A DNA stretch of 57,636 nt from NCBI GenBank assembly GCA_964506845.1, contig CAZDNS010000005.1, positions 2,975 to 60,610 on the forward strand. The letters run 5' to 3'. Below the pieces are notes generated by a model, which was not told where the DNA came from, ran no database searches, and was given only the letters and a program-made list of their open reading frames with translations. How positions within the stretch are numbered: the first letter of the stretch is position 1; each line of letters starts with the position of its first letter. A program made the position numbers and the translations under genes. Positions 19,174-28,770 of this stretch are shown in pieces. The DNA comes from an uncultured Planctomycetia bacterium (GTDB taxonomy: Bacteria; Omnitrophota; Gorgyraeia; VGKN01).

Positions 19174-20139
19174 ATGACAAAACCTGATACAGAGATATTA
19201 AACAAAAGGATATTAATTACAGGTGGCGGAGGGTTTATAGGTTCTTACCTTATAGACAGACTCGTAGGAAATAACGAAATATTAATTGTGGATAATTTTC
19301 ATCGCAACGCCCTGCGCTATTTACCCGAGACTATCAGGAAAAAGGTAAGGGTTTTTAAAGGAGATGTACTAAATAAAAATTTAATTTTAAGAGTAAGCCG
19401 TAAGTGCGATATTATAATTCACTGTGCGGCGATAGCGGGTATTTACACGGTTGTTAAAAAACCAACTATGACTATGAAGGTTAATTTTTTAGGTACCTAC
19501 AATGTGTTGGAAGCCGCAGTAAAAAATAAGATAAAGAAAATGATAAATTTTTCAACGAGCGAGGTTTACGGCCCGTTTATTTATAAAGGGAAGGAAGACG
19601 ACCTGACGAGCCAGGGGAATGCAAAAGAGGCTAGGTGGATTTATGCGGTGAGTAAACTTGCAGGAGAGCATCTGGCGCATTCCTACCAGAAGGAATTCGG
19701 CCTCGGCGTGGTCACTGTAAGACCTTTCAATATCTATGGCCCGCGCCAGATAGGCGAAGGTGCTATACAGGCTATGATATTAGGCTGCCTTAAAGAGCAT
19801 AAGGTTATTCTTTATAACGACGGGACGCAGATAAGGACATGGTGCTATATTGACGATTTCATCGATGCTGTTATGCTATGCCTTGCGAAGGAAAAGGCAG
19901 TCGGAGAAATATTTAATATCGGAAATCCTCAAGGCACAATCACCAATCTTAAACTGGCAGAGATAATAGCGCGGCTTACCAATAGCCATCCTAAGATTAT
20001 ATTTAAAAGACATCCCGGGCCAGAGGTAGAGATGAGGGTTCCGGATATAGGCAAGGCAAAGAGGTTGCTTGGTTTTAATCCCAGGATATCCTTAGAAGAA
20101 GGTATTATGCGTACCATTGAGTGGTACAAGAAAATATGA
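19174..20139 (+). CDS. NAD-dependent epimerase/dehydratase (UDP-glucuronate decarboxylase-like)
   Basis: ITGGGGFIG, STSEVYG, RWIYAVSK, RPFNIYGPRQ. Confidence 0.88.
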   Translation: MTKPDTEILNKRILITGGGGFIGSYLIDRLVGNNEILIVDNFHRNALRYLPETIRKKVRVFKGDVLNKNLILRVSRKCDIIIHCAAIAGIYTVVKKPTMTMKVNFLGTYNVLEAAVKNKIKKMINFSTSEVYGPFIYKGKEDDLTSQGNAKEARWIYAVSKLAGEHLAHSYQKEFGLGVVTVRPFNIYGPRQIGEGAIQAMILGCLKEHKVILYNDGTQIRTWCYIDDFIDAVMLCLAKEKAVGEIFNIGNPQGTITNLKLAEIIARLTNSHPKIIFKRHPGPEVEMRVPDIGKAKRLLGFNPRISLEEGIMRTIEWYKKI

Positions 20140-20148
20140 AAGGTTGAT

Positions 20149-21183
20149 ATGCGGTTACTGCTGGCAGGGGCTTCGGGTTTTATCGGGAAAAATCTTATTT
20201 TAAAGGCTCCCTCAGAATGGGAGATTACGGGTATTTATTTTAAAAGTACAAACTTTTTGGATTTCCTTGCTTCAGGCGGCATAAAAAATGTACAGCCTTT
20301 GCAATGCGACCTCACTAGCGAAGAAGAGGTTGCCATAAAATTTGAAAAGGTTAAAACAGAGTTTGATGCGGCTATTTTTTTAGTGGGAAATTCAGATATA
20401 GGTCTTTCGGTTAGAGACCCCATTTTCGACCTAAGGGCAAATCTGATAAGCCTGATTAATCTTCTAAACAATATAAAAGCATCAAGGTTCATTTTTATGT
20501 CCTCCGGCACGGTTTATTTAGGGCGTTCTGGGCAGGTATCTCCGCAAACCGCAGTCAGCGTGGATTTACCCTACGGCATTACTAAGTTATCCTCCGAACT
20601 TTACATAAAGTATTTCTGCAACAGGAGAAAAAATATCGGCGAGTATGCAATCCTCAGGTTTTTCGGCACATACGGGCCTATGGAGCCTTCCCGCAAGATA
20701 TATACAAACCTAATTAAAGAGTTATATTTTAACAACAAGGAAGAGTATCTCCTAAGGGGAGACGGCAAAAATCTCATAGATGCTATGTATATAACCGATG
20801 CAACCCAGGGCCTTTTTAAAGTTTTGACATCTGAAAGAAAAGGAAGTATAACCCTTGATTTTTGCAGGGGCGAGCCGATTACAGTTAACGAGCTTGTAGA
20901 GCGCGTAGCAAAAATCCTGGGCAGAAAGGTTAAAATTAAACATACCAACGAAACAAGCGAATATATAACATTTTATTCCTCACCTGATAAGATGGCACAT
21001 AAATTTGGATTTCGACCGAGAATTACACTTAAAGAAGGTATCTTGAACTTTTTAGATTATATGAAAACCAGCCAACCCTTTATGAAAGGAGTAACCGCCA
21101 AAGCGCAGAATATCCCTGCCTGCCGGCAGGCAGGCGCAAAGAACGCAAAGAAATTTTTGTGTTTTAGCGGTTACAAAGGATAA
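20149..21183 (+). CDS. NAD-dependent epimerase/dehydratase with a 30-aa repeat-derived C-terminal extension
   Basis: AGASGFIG, SSGTVY, YGITK. Confidence 0.85.
   Translation: MRLLLAGASGFIGKNLILKAPSEWEITGIYFKSTNFLDFLASGGIKNVQPLQCDLTSEEEVAIKFEKVKTEFDAAIFLVGNSDIGLSVRDPIFDLRANLISLINLLNNIKASRFIFMSSGTVYLGRSGQVSPQTAVSVDLPYGITKLSSELYIKYFCNRRKNIGEYAILRFFGTYGPMEPSRKIYTNLIKELYFNNKEEYLLRGDGKNLIDAMYITDATQGLFKVLTSERKGSITLDFCRGEPITVNELVERVAKILGRKVKIKHTNETSEYITFYSSPDKMAHKFGFRPRITLKEGILNFLDYMKTSQPFMKGVTAKAQNIPACRQAGAKNAKKFLCFSGYKG
21091..21174. repeat. Repeat family B, copy 2 (84 bp; perfect GTAACCGC/GCGGTTAC ends; AAAGGA direct repeats)
   Basis: AAAGGA at 21085-21090 and 21175-21180; internal CCTGCCTGCCGGCAGGCAGG. 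Confidence 0.85.
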
Positions 21184-21186
21184 GAT

Positions 21187-22434
21187 ATGGAACTACTCGC
21201 AATAAGCGGAGGAAAACCAGTCAGGCAGAAGGAATTTACCAAATGGCCCATCTACGATAAGCGGGAAGAAGAAAACCTCATAGGTGTTTTGTATAAGAGC
21301 AAATGGGGAATCGGAAAGCGCACAGGCGTGATAAATGAATTTGAAGAAAAATTTTCCGGTTACCACAACAGGCGGTTCGGCATATCTAATACCAATTGCA
21401 GTCATTCGTTAGAGATAGTTCTTGCAGCAAACGGCATAGGAGCCGGCGACGAGGTTATAGTGCCTTCCTACACCTTTATTGCAACCGCAAGCGCGGTTTG
21501 TCAGGTAGGAGCAGTGCCGATATTTACAGATGTTAATGCGTCGGATTATTGCCTAAACCCTGATTCGGTTGAGTCCTTAATCTCGGATAAAACAAGGGCG
21601 ATTATTGCGGTTCATTTCGCAGGTCATTTTGCGGATATGCTGAGGCTTTCCGAAATCGCTAAAAAAAATAATCTGCTGTTGATAGAAGATGCTGCGCAGG
21701 CTCACGGAGCAAAATGGAACGGTGATTTTCCGGGCAAGATGAGCGTTGCCGCCACTTTTAGTTTCCAATACAGTAAAAATATGACTGCAGGCGAAGGCGG
21801 GATAATCCTTACTGATTCAAACCAGCTGGCAGACGCCTACTGGGAATATATATGGCACGGCAGAAAAAAACAAGGCCTGTGGTATGAGCACTTCAGAACC
21901 AGCTCGAACTATCGTATGACCGAATGGCAGGCAGCAGTACTTCTGGCACAACTTGAAAAATTGCCAGAACAGAACCGCATAAGAGACCTAAACGGAAGAT
22001 TTCTGGATGAAGAGCTAGCGAAGATCAGCGGGGTAGAACCCTTAAGGGTTGACCCTTTAACAAATATTCATCCAAGGCACCTCTATATATTTAAATTGAC
22101 GGATAAAGAGATACCCAAGGAAATTTTTATCAAGGCGTTAAATGCAGAGGGAATACCCGCTTTGCCAGGATACGGCTTTCCCCTGTATAAAAATCCCGCC
22201 TTTCTTAACAAAAAATTCGGTTCGAAAAGTTGTCAGTTAAAATGCAGAATCTACAACAAGGAAATAGATTATACCGGGGTCTATAATGAAAATGCGGAAA
22301 AAGCCTGCAAAGAATGTATATGGATTTTGCATAATGTGTTATTGGGACAAAGAGAAGATATGAAGGATATAGTTGCCGCCATAAAAAAGGTGTTAGAAAA
22401 TAAACGGGAGCTTTTATCCGCTACAGATGGATAA
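21187..22434 (+). CDS. DegT/DnrJ/EryC1/StrS aminotransferase (BtrR/RifK-like signature)
   Basis: LAISGGKPVR..WP, GDEVIVPSYTFIATA, IEDAAQAHGA, FSFQYSKNMTAGEGG, NYRMTEWQAA. Confidence 0.9.
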   Translation: MELLAISGGKPVRQKEFTKWPIYDKREEENLIGVLYKSKWGIGKRTGVINEFEEKFSGYHNRRFGISNTNCSHSLEIVLAANGIGAGDEVIVPSYTFIATASAVCQVGAVPIFTDVNASDYCLNPDSVESLISDKTRAIIAVHFAGHFADMLRLSEIAKKNNLLLIEDAAQAHGAKWNGDFPGKMSVAATFSFQYSKNMTAGEGGIILTDSNQLADAYWEYIWHGRKKQGLWYEHFRTSSNYRMTEWQAAVLLAQLEKLPEQNRIRDLNGRFLDEELAKISGVEPLRVDPLTNIHPRHLYIFKLTDKEIPKEIFIKALNAEGIPALPGYGFPLYKNPAFLNKKFGSKSCQLKCRIYNKEIDYTGVYNENAEKACKECIWILHNVLLGQREDMKDIVAAIKKVLENKRELLSATDG

Positions 22435-23221
22435 TCTGGATACGAATTTAGAAGTTAGTCTGGATATGCTCATCCGGGGTTTTAGACAACTTGGCATAAA
22501 GGAAGGTGCCTCAATTATGGTGCATAGTTCGCTTTCTTCCTTTGGAAGGGTTAAAGAAGGCGCTGCTTTTGTTATAGAGGCACTTATGGAGTGTGTTGGC
22601 AGAAATGGGCTCATTATGATGCCTACCTTTACATACGGAAAAGGGGTATATGACAGAAAAACCACCCCTTCGCAGACAGGAAGGATTACAGAGGTTTTCA
22701 GGCTCTCTAAAGGGGTTTTTAGAAGCCCTCATCCCACCCATTCAGTTGCTCTTTGGGGAAAGGATTCTGAAAAAATTGCCAGTATGCACGAATTATATTT
22801 TCCCACAGGCATTAAAAGTCCTTTTTATGAGTTGTTTAGAATGTGCGGGGATGTGATGTTGATAGGAGTAGACCATACCGCCAATTCTATGATACATCTG
22901 GCGCAATTTATTGCGAAGGTTCCCTATCTGGAAAGGCCAAAACGCGTGCAGAGGTTAAACGAGATAGATGAAACGGAAGAGGTTGCGGTATGCCGGCTTG
23001 GCTGCAGCCTCGGTTTTAATAAAATTGGAAAATTTTTGGATGCTGAGTGCATTTCTGAAAATTTTGTAGGAAACTCGAAGATTCAAAGGATAAACGCTCT
23101 TGAGGTTGTCAACAAAGCCGTGAGGTTGCTGGAGGAAGACCCTGCTTTGCTTTTATGCGAAAGACAGGAGTGTTTCTCCTGTAATGAGGCAAGGGGAATG
23201 ATTAGACGATGGGAAAGATAG
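22427..23221 (+). CDS. AAC(3)/YokD-family N-acetyltransferase
   Basis: MVHSSLSSFG, MPTFT, TGRITEVFR, RSPHPTHS, LIGVDHTANSMIHLA; C-terminal C..C..C. Confidence 0.9.
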   Translation: MDNLDTNLEVSLDMLIRGFRQLGIKEGASIMVHSSLSSFGRVKEGAAFVIEALMECVGRNGLIMMPTFTYGKGVYDRKTTPSQTGRITEVFRLSKGVFRSPHPTHSVALWGKDSEKIASMHELYFPTGIKSPFYELFRMCGDVMLIGVDHTANSMIHLAQFIAKVPYLERPKRVQRLNEIDETEEVAVCRLGCSLGFNKIGKFLDAECISENFVGNSKIQRINALEVVNKAVRLLEEDPALLLCERQECFSCNEARGMIRRWER

Positions 23222-24627
23222 TAGTTTTAGGCGCAGGCCCGGCTGGAATAACCTCTGCATGGTTTTTATCAAAACAAGGAATTCCGGTGGATGTTATTGA
23301 GATAAAACCTTACGTAGGGGGTATAAGCAGAAGCTTTAAATATAAAGAATACTGGCTGGATTACGGGCCGCACGCATTTCATATACGTAATGAGGAACTC
23401 ACCCAGATAGTCGGTAGTTTAAGCCAGAGTTCGCCGATTAAATTAGCAATGAAGGCAAGGTTATTGTTTTCAGGAACATATTTAGATTACCCTGTAGATG
23501 TAAAGGGCGTTATGAAAAACCTCAACATAGCATTTTCCCTAAAAGCCTGCTTTGATTTTTTAATAGCAGGGCTCAATAGTTTGTTCCGGAATTCCAAAAA
23601 GGAAGCCTCGTTTAAAGAGTGGGGGATAAATAGATACGGTGATACGCTATACAAAATGGCTTTTGGCGATTATTCAGAAAAGGTCTGGGGATTACCTGCA
23701 GAGCGTATCTCCTGCAAATTAGCCCAACAAAAACTGCCCGACCTGAATCTATTCACATTTCTTAAAGACGTATTTAAGGGCAAGCGTTCCAGTCAAAAGG
23801 TGCACTATTCCAATTATTTTTATCCGGAAAAGGGGGTGGGTAGAATATTTGACAAGATGTCTGAGGAGATTAAAGAAAATGGACACAGGGTTATTCTCTC
23901 GGGTTTAACCAAAAGAATAGAAATCAAGGAAGGCTCTGCCCGTAAAATTATTCTTAAGGACGGCAATTTAAAAGATATGGAAATTGAATGCGGGGCCGTT
24001 ATATCCACTATTCCAATAAAAACCTTTATTCAGCTTCTATCCGGGGTTCCTCAAGAGGTGTTAGCCTCTGCCTCAAAATTAAAATACCGCCAGTTAATCT
24101 TAGCGTATCTGATTCTTGATAAGGATTTAGTCTCTGATGCAATGATGGTTTATCTGTTGGACCCGATTTTTAAATTCAACCGCTTCTCCGAGCAAAAAAA
24201 TATCTCTAAAGAGATGATCCCTCAGGGCAAGACTGTTCTGTGCTTTGAAATCTGCTGCAACAGAGAGGATGAATTGTGGAAATCCAGCGACGAGGAAATA
24301 TATAAGTTAGTATTAGAGGATATTAAAAAGATTCCCCGGATCCCCTTGGATAAAATCGAGTCTTTTTTTGTAGAGCGATTAGAAAACACATATCCTGTTT
24401 TTGATTTAGAATTCGACAAGAATTTGCGCAACTGTTTAGCCTATGTAGCGGATTTAAAAAATGTAATATTAACAGGCAGGCAAGGGCTCTTTTTAAATAA
24501 CGATATGCACGACAGTATGGAGATGGGCCTGATGGCTGCCAAATACCTTTCAAACGCCAACGGCGATAGCCTCGGCTGGTTTAAGATAATGAAAACCTAC
24601 CTGGGAAATAAGCTGGAATTATTCTGA
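23209..24627 (+). CDS. FAD-dependent oxidoreductase (paralogue of 17065-18531)
   Basis: VLGAGPAG, VGGISRS..LDYGPH, YSEKVWG, TYPVF, GRQGLF.NNDMH. Confidence 0.85.
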   Translation: MGKIVVLGAGPAGITSAWFLSKQGIPVDVIEIKPYVGGISRSFKYKEYWLDYGPHAFHIRNEELTQIVGSLSQSSPIKLAMKARLLFSGTYLDYPVDVKGVMKNLNIAFSLKACFDFLIAGLNSLFRNSKKEASFKEWGINRYGDTLYKMAFGDYSEKVWGLPAERISCKLAQQKLPDLNLFTFLKDVFKGKRSSQKVHYSNYFYPEKGVGRIFDKMSEEIKENGHRVILSGLTKRIEIKEGSARKIILKDGNLKDMEIECGAVISTIPIKTFIQLLSGVPQEVLASASKLKYRQLILAYLILDKDLVSDAMMVYLLDPIFKFNRFSEQKNISKEMIPQGKTVLCFEICCNREDELWKSSDEEIYKLVLEDIKKIPRIPLDKIESFFVERLENTYPVFDLEFDKNLRNCLAYVADLKNVILTGRQGLFLNNDMHDSMEMGLMAAKYLSNANGDSLGWFKIMKTYLGNKLELF

Positions 24628-24628
24628 T

Positions 24629-26650
24629 ATGTCCTCAATATACACAGTTAATCTGGCACTATATTATATAGGCGCTATTTTTATAACGATAATGGTATCT
24701 ATTGCGCTGGCATATTTATTGCCACGTTTTAATTTACAGGGCAACGTCTTTAGGGCCTTTGTTGGTTTTTTGCCCTACCTGTTGATATGTGCTTATTTTC
24801 TTTTATTTTGGCGTCTGGATACTTTATTGAGTATTCGCTCGCAAATATATACAAATATCATCACAAATATTTTTACCGGTATTATTAAAGGGACTTTTAC
24901 GTTCACCGTAAACGATTTTAATATACCCCTGAATATCTTTAAGTATTATTTTGCGCCTATGTGGCTATTGCTTGCGCCGCTCTCAGCCTTTTTCAATAAC
25001 CATCCCTTATTCTTGCACGGTTTACAAAGCGTGGTATTGGCTGTTGGTGCAATTCCCATAATCAGATTTTCAAAAGAAAGATTTAAAAACCCGCTCTTGA
25101 CCATTGGTCTTGTCCTTTGCTATTTACTATCTTTTTTTATACAAAGCGCAAACCTCTGGAGCGTTGAAGTCCGTACTATGTCTACCACCTTAATCTCGTG
25201 GGCGATTTATTTTCTCTTGAAAGACAAACTAGCAAAGTTCCTGGTGATGCTGATTCTTTTTCTGTTATGCGGCACGCCAAACAGCATACTGGTAATTTCC
25301 TTGGGGCTTTATATTTTCTTGATCATGAAAGATAAAAAGAAACTCGGGCTTATAGTATTTGCTGTAGGGATAGCATATTTGCTTTTAGGTTTGTGGGTCT
25401 CTTCCTCGGTTAACCCAGGAATAAATCTTTATGCCAAACAGGTGGATTACCTTAAAGGATTATTGTTTAAACCGACAGAATTATTACAATTTATCCTTAA
25501 GCCGAAATTTATACTTGTAATTTTGCTACTATTATTGCCGGTCGGATTTTTATCTTTGGGCGAGGTTGGGTTATTCTTGACAATACTGCCCTCGTTGTAT
25601 ATGAATTTTGCGGTCTTCAACAACATAGTGGATTTACTGCTCAGTTGTTATAGCCTGGCTAATTTAGTTCCTCCCGTAATATTCTCGGCGATAATGGGTA
25701 TGGAGAAGATGCAGACTCTTTCTTTTTTTAAGGCCCGTCCGAAGATTAAAAAAGAGTTTGCCGTTTGTATTTTATCGACATCTATCTTAGGGTACATATT
25801 TTTTAATCCTTTTTCCTTCCAGGGCTTATACTGGCCTGGCAGGTTTAGTGAAGTGACCATAAGCGATTTTAAGGTCAGGGAGATGCTCAGTACTATACCA
25901 AAGGATGCCAGTGTCAGTGCCGACAATAGATATAGAATGGCTTTGGCAGACAGGAGAGAGATTTATATGCTTGAAAGGTTTTCGTCTGATGCCAGCCAAG
26001 GTAAATTTGAGTTTCCAATGATTAAAGATGCGGATTTTGCAGTTATAAGTAAGTATGCCGAACCGCAGGTCCTTGACTATGCAAAAGAGAAACTGCTAAA
26101 AAATAAAGGTTACGGCGTATCCGGTTATTCGGATGGGGTTATAGTGTTTGAAAAAGGCGTTGATAGGTCTTTTAAAGAGTGTGTTAAGGCAGGTCCCTCC
26201 GAAATTACAAATTATGTATTAGTTAATTTTAACAATGAAATTGTATTAAGAGGTTTTAATTTAAATAAAGCTTATTTTAAACCAGGCGAGGAGTGCAGGA
26301 TTACCCTATTCTGGGAAACACTTAATAACGTTAAAGAAGACTTGAGGTTTTTGATAAGGTTAACCAAATATAATAAAACCTTTAAAGAGGTTATTTATCA
26401 ACCCTTTGACGGTTTTTATCCTACGAACCTGTGGCAAAAAGGTGACTTCTTTAAGGAAGAAATAAGCTTAAGACTTCCCAAAGAGATTATATTAAGTAAA
26501 GAGCCTTTGCTTGTGGAGATATATCCACTCTTAGCAATGCCGGTAATCCAAAATGAGTTTATTCCAAAACTATCGGAACTAAAATCTGTAAGGGATAAAA
26601 AGGAAATGTTGCATAAAAACATAGTCGGCGCTATCTACTTGATAAAATAA
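24629..26650 (+). CDS. Multi-pass membrane protein, DUF2079-like/GT-C, with C-terminal soluble domain
   Basis: YFAPMWLLLAP, LQSVVLAVGAIP, IPKDASVSA; C-terminal ITLFW...YPTNLWQKGD. Confidence 0.65.
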   Translation: MSSIYTVNLALYYIGAIFITIMVSIALAYLLPRFNLQGNVFRAFVGFLPYLLICAYFLLFWRLDTLLSIRSQIYTNIITNIFTGIIKGTFTFTVNDFNIPLNIFKYYFAPMWLLLAPLSAFFNNHPLFLHGLQSVVLAVGAIPIIRFSKERFKNPLLTIGLVLCYLLSFFIQSANLWSVEVRTMSTTLISWAIYFLLKDKLAKFLVMLILFLLCGTPNSILVISLGLYIFLIMKDKKKLGLIVFAVGIAYLLLGLWVSSSVNPGINLYAKQVDYLKGLLFKPTELLQFILKPKFILVILLLLLPVGFLSLGEVGLFLTILPSLYMNFAVFNNIVDLLLSCYSLANLVPPVIFSAIMGMEKMQTLSFFKARPKIKKEFAVCILSTSILGYIFFNPFSFQGLYWPGRFSEVTISDFKVREMLSTIPKDASVSADNRYRMALADRREIYMLERFSSDASQGKFEFPMIKDADFAVISKYAEPQVLDYAKEKLLKNKGYGVSGYSDGVIVFEKGVDRSFKECVKAGPSEITNYVLVNFNNEIVLRGFNLNKAYFKPGEECRITLFWETLNNVKEDLRFLIRLTKYNKTFKEVIYQPFDGFYPTNLWQKGDFFKEEISLRLPKEIILSKEPLLVEIYPLLAMPVIQNEFIPKLSELKSVRDKKEMLHKNIVGAIYLIK

Positions 26651-26660
26651 ATTATAAGGG

Positions 26661-27602
26661 ATGGTCTTGCAAAAAAATAAAAGGATCTGCAGTATCAGCG
26701 TTGATTTCGAGGATCTGCATTTTTATTCAAGAACTCTTGGACTATCGCATCCAGAGAAGGAAAATAGTGCCTATGATAAGACAATAGACAGATTCATTGA
26801 CCTATTTGAACTTATGGATATTAAGGCTACATTTTTTCTTATAGGTAAGGATGTGCTTAAAGCTAGGGATAATAAAAAAGCGGTGCGCCGACTATCAGAA
26901 AACGGCCATGAGGTCGCTAATCATACAATGAACCACCTTTTTAATTTTTCTAAATTCACTTATCAAAAAAAGAAGGAAGAGATTATTGAAACGGGGAAGA
27001 TGCTCGAAGATATTACCGGTAAGAAGGTCATTGGTTTCAGGGCGCCCTGTTATGATATTGACGAAGAGATGATGGATATACTGGAGGAGGCGGGCTATTT
27101 ATACGATTCCTCGGTTTTCCCCTGCTATTATAAGATGCTGCAGCAGTTCATATATATAGTTATGTGCAGAGGAAAATATAGAAGGATGGGCTCATTCCTT
27201 ACAAGCTTTATGCCTAACCGGCCTTATATACCCGGTAAGAAACTGCACCACAATAACGGAGAAAGAAAAATAGTCGAGTTTCCGATTTCCATGGTTCCTT
27301 ATATACGTTTCCCGTTTTATTCTACCGTATTATTCTCAACAGGTGTAAGTTTTTTTAAACTGCAATATTCGCTGGTTAAAAGACTGAGGATTCTTACTTA
27401 TGAATTACACTCAATAGACCTTGCCGATTATGATGAAGATAGTATTTCACTCTATTATCCCGGACTCAAGCGGCATCCCTGTGCCCGTTTAACCATAGAC
27501 AGAAAAACAGAGATACTGAAGGGATGTTTTAATACAATTAGGAAGGACTTTGAGATACAAACTATGGAATCTGTCACGAGAGAATATCTTAATGGCGCAT
27601 GA
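26661..27602 (+). CDS. Polysaccharide deacetylase (CE4/NodB)
   Basis: SVDFED, KATFF, GHEVANHTMNH, GFRAP, YDSS. Confidence 0.9.
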   Translation: MVLQKNKRICSISVDFEDLHFYSRTLGLSHPEKENSAYDKTIDRFIDLFELMDIKATFFLIGKDVLKARDNKKAVRRLSENGHEVANHTMNHLFNFSKFTYQKKKEEIIETGKMLEDITGKKVIGFRAPCYDIDEEMMDILEEAGYLYDSSVFPCYYKMLQQFIYIVMCRGKYRRMGSFLTSFMPNRPYIPGKKLHHNNGERKIVEFPISMVPYIRFPFYSTVLFSTGVSFFKLQYSLVKRLRILTYELHSIDLADYDEDSISLYYPGLKRHPCARLTIDRKTEILKGCFNTIRKDFEIQTMESVTREYLNGA

Positions 27603-28770
27603 AGTTTCTTTGCAAAGACTAAAATCAATAGATTTTTTAAGAGGAATAGCGGTGTTAGCGGTTCTTTGCCATCATGCCATCACATACGGACAATATAAGG
27701 CAATAGACGTACCCTGGTTTAATTCTATCTGCTACGCTTTTAGGCAGGGGCATTTAGGTGTTAATTTATTTTTCGTTATATCTGGATTCTGTATTCATTT
27801 GGCTTGGACGCGACAATTCTCTATCTCTGGAGGGGCAAGCGTGAACTTTTTTCATTTTTGGAAGCGAAGATTTTATAGACTATACCCTGCTTATTTTGTA
27901 GCCTTAAGTATAAGTATCTTGATAATCATAATAGCTATAGCTTTAGGCCGTAATCTTCCGCTCGTTAATTTATACCCAAACCCAAAAAGTCTATGGGTTG
28001 GATTAGATTTTATTTCCCATTTATTTATGCTTCATGGGGTTATACCATTATTTGATAATGCCGCAGGAAATCCTCCGCTTTGGTCCTTAGCCAGAGAGGA
28101 ATATCTATACCTGATGTATTTTGTGTTTTTAGGATGGCGATGCACGAAGGGTATTTTTAGCAGCGTATTTATGAGTTTGATATCCGGCGTAGTTTTTTAT
28201 TTAGTTATGTCAGTTTTTGTGCCTGAATCTTCTCCCTGGTGGCATATTATAGTTACATCTAGCGTTGTTCTTTGGATTCAATGGTGTCTTGGCGCTTTGG
28301 CTGTAGAGGCATACTATGATTTAATTAAATTGCCTTCATTTTGTTATAAGCTTTGGATGGTTCCGATATGGGCCGTTATTTCTAAAATAAGCGAAGCGTA
28401 TCTGCCTGTTTTAAGCCCTTTGTTGTGGGGAATGGCCTTTTTTACACTCTTAAATTTTTGTGCGCGCTTGGAAAAAGAGAAGAGATGGGCAGTAAACCCC
28501 GTTAGAAATAGCGTTCCGCGCTGTGTGATTTCTAACGGGGTAAATAAGATTACTGTCTGGCTCTCTGGAGTCGGTTTGTTTTCTTACTCCTTATATTTGA
28601 TGCATTATCCAGTTCGCGGCATAGTAAAGCAGGCACTTGGAAATTTTGCTCTTACTAATAACCCCTGGATTTATATTCTTAATGCCCTCACTATGGCCGT
28701 AGCAGGCTATTATGCAGGGAGGGTCCTTTTTGTATGGGTCGAATCCAGGTTTCTATTGAAAAAAGCATGA
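27592..28770 (+). CDS. OafA/Acyl_transf_3 membrane acyltransferase with a 16-aa repeat insertion
   Basis: IDFLRGIAVLAV..HH, GVNLFFVISGF, RRFYRLYP, WSLAREE, SYSLYLMH. Confidence 0.9.
   Translation: MAHEVSLQRLKSIDFLRGIAVLAVLCHHAITYGQYKAIDVPWFNSICYAFRQGHLGVNLFFVISGFCIHLAWTRQFSISGGASVNFFHFWKRRFYRLYPAYFVALSISILIIIIAIALGRNLPLVNLYPNPKSLWVGLDFISHLFMLHGVIPLFDNAAGNPPLWSLAREEYLYLMYFVFLGWRCTKGIFSSVFMSLISGVVFYLVMSVFVPESSPWWHIIVTSSVVLWIQWCLGALAVEAYYDLIKLPSFCYKLWMVPIWAVISKISEAYLPVLSPLLWGMAFFTLLNFCARLEKEKRWAVNPVRNSVPRCVISNGVNKITVWLSGVGLFSYSLYLMHYPVRGIVKQALGNFALTNNPWIYILNALTMAVAGYYAGRVLFVWVESRFLLKKA
28496..28541. repeat. REP-like palindrome inserted in frame within the acyltransferase
   Basis: ACCCCGTTAGAAAT (28496-28509) / ATTTCTAACGGGGT (28528-28541); GTAAA direct repeat 48 bp apart. 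Confidence 0.8.

Noticed and set aside
22427-23221. Acquired aminoglycoside resistance gene aac(3)
   Set aside because: It overlaps both biosynthetic neighbours, has no integron or IS context, and family membership alone does not imply resistance.
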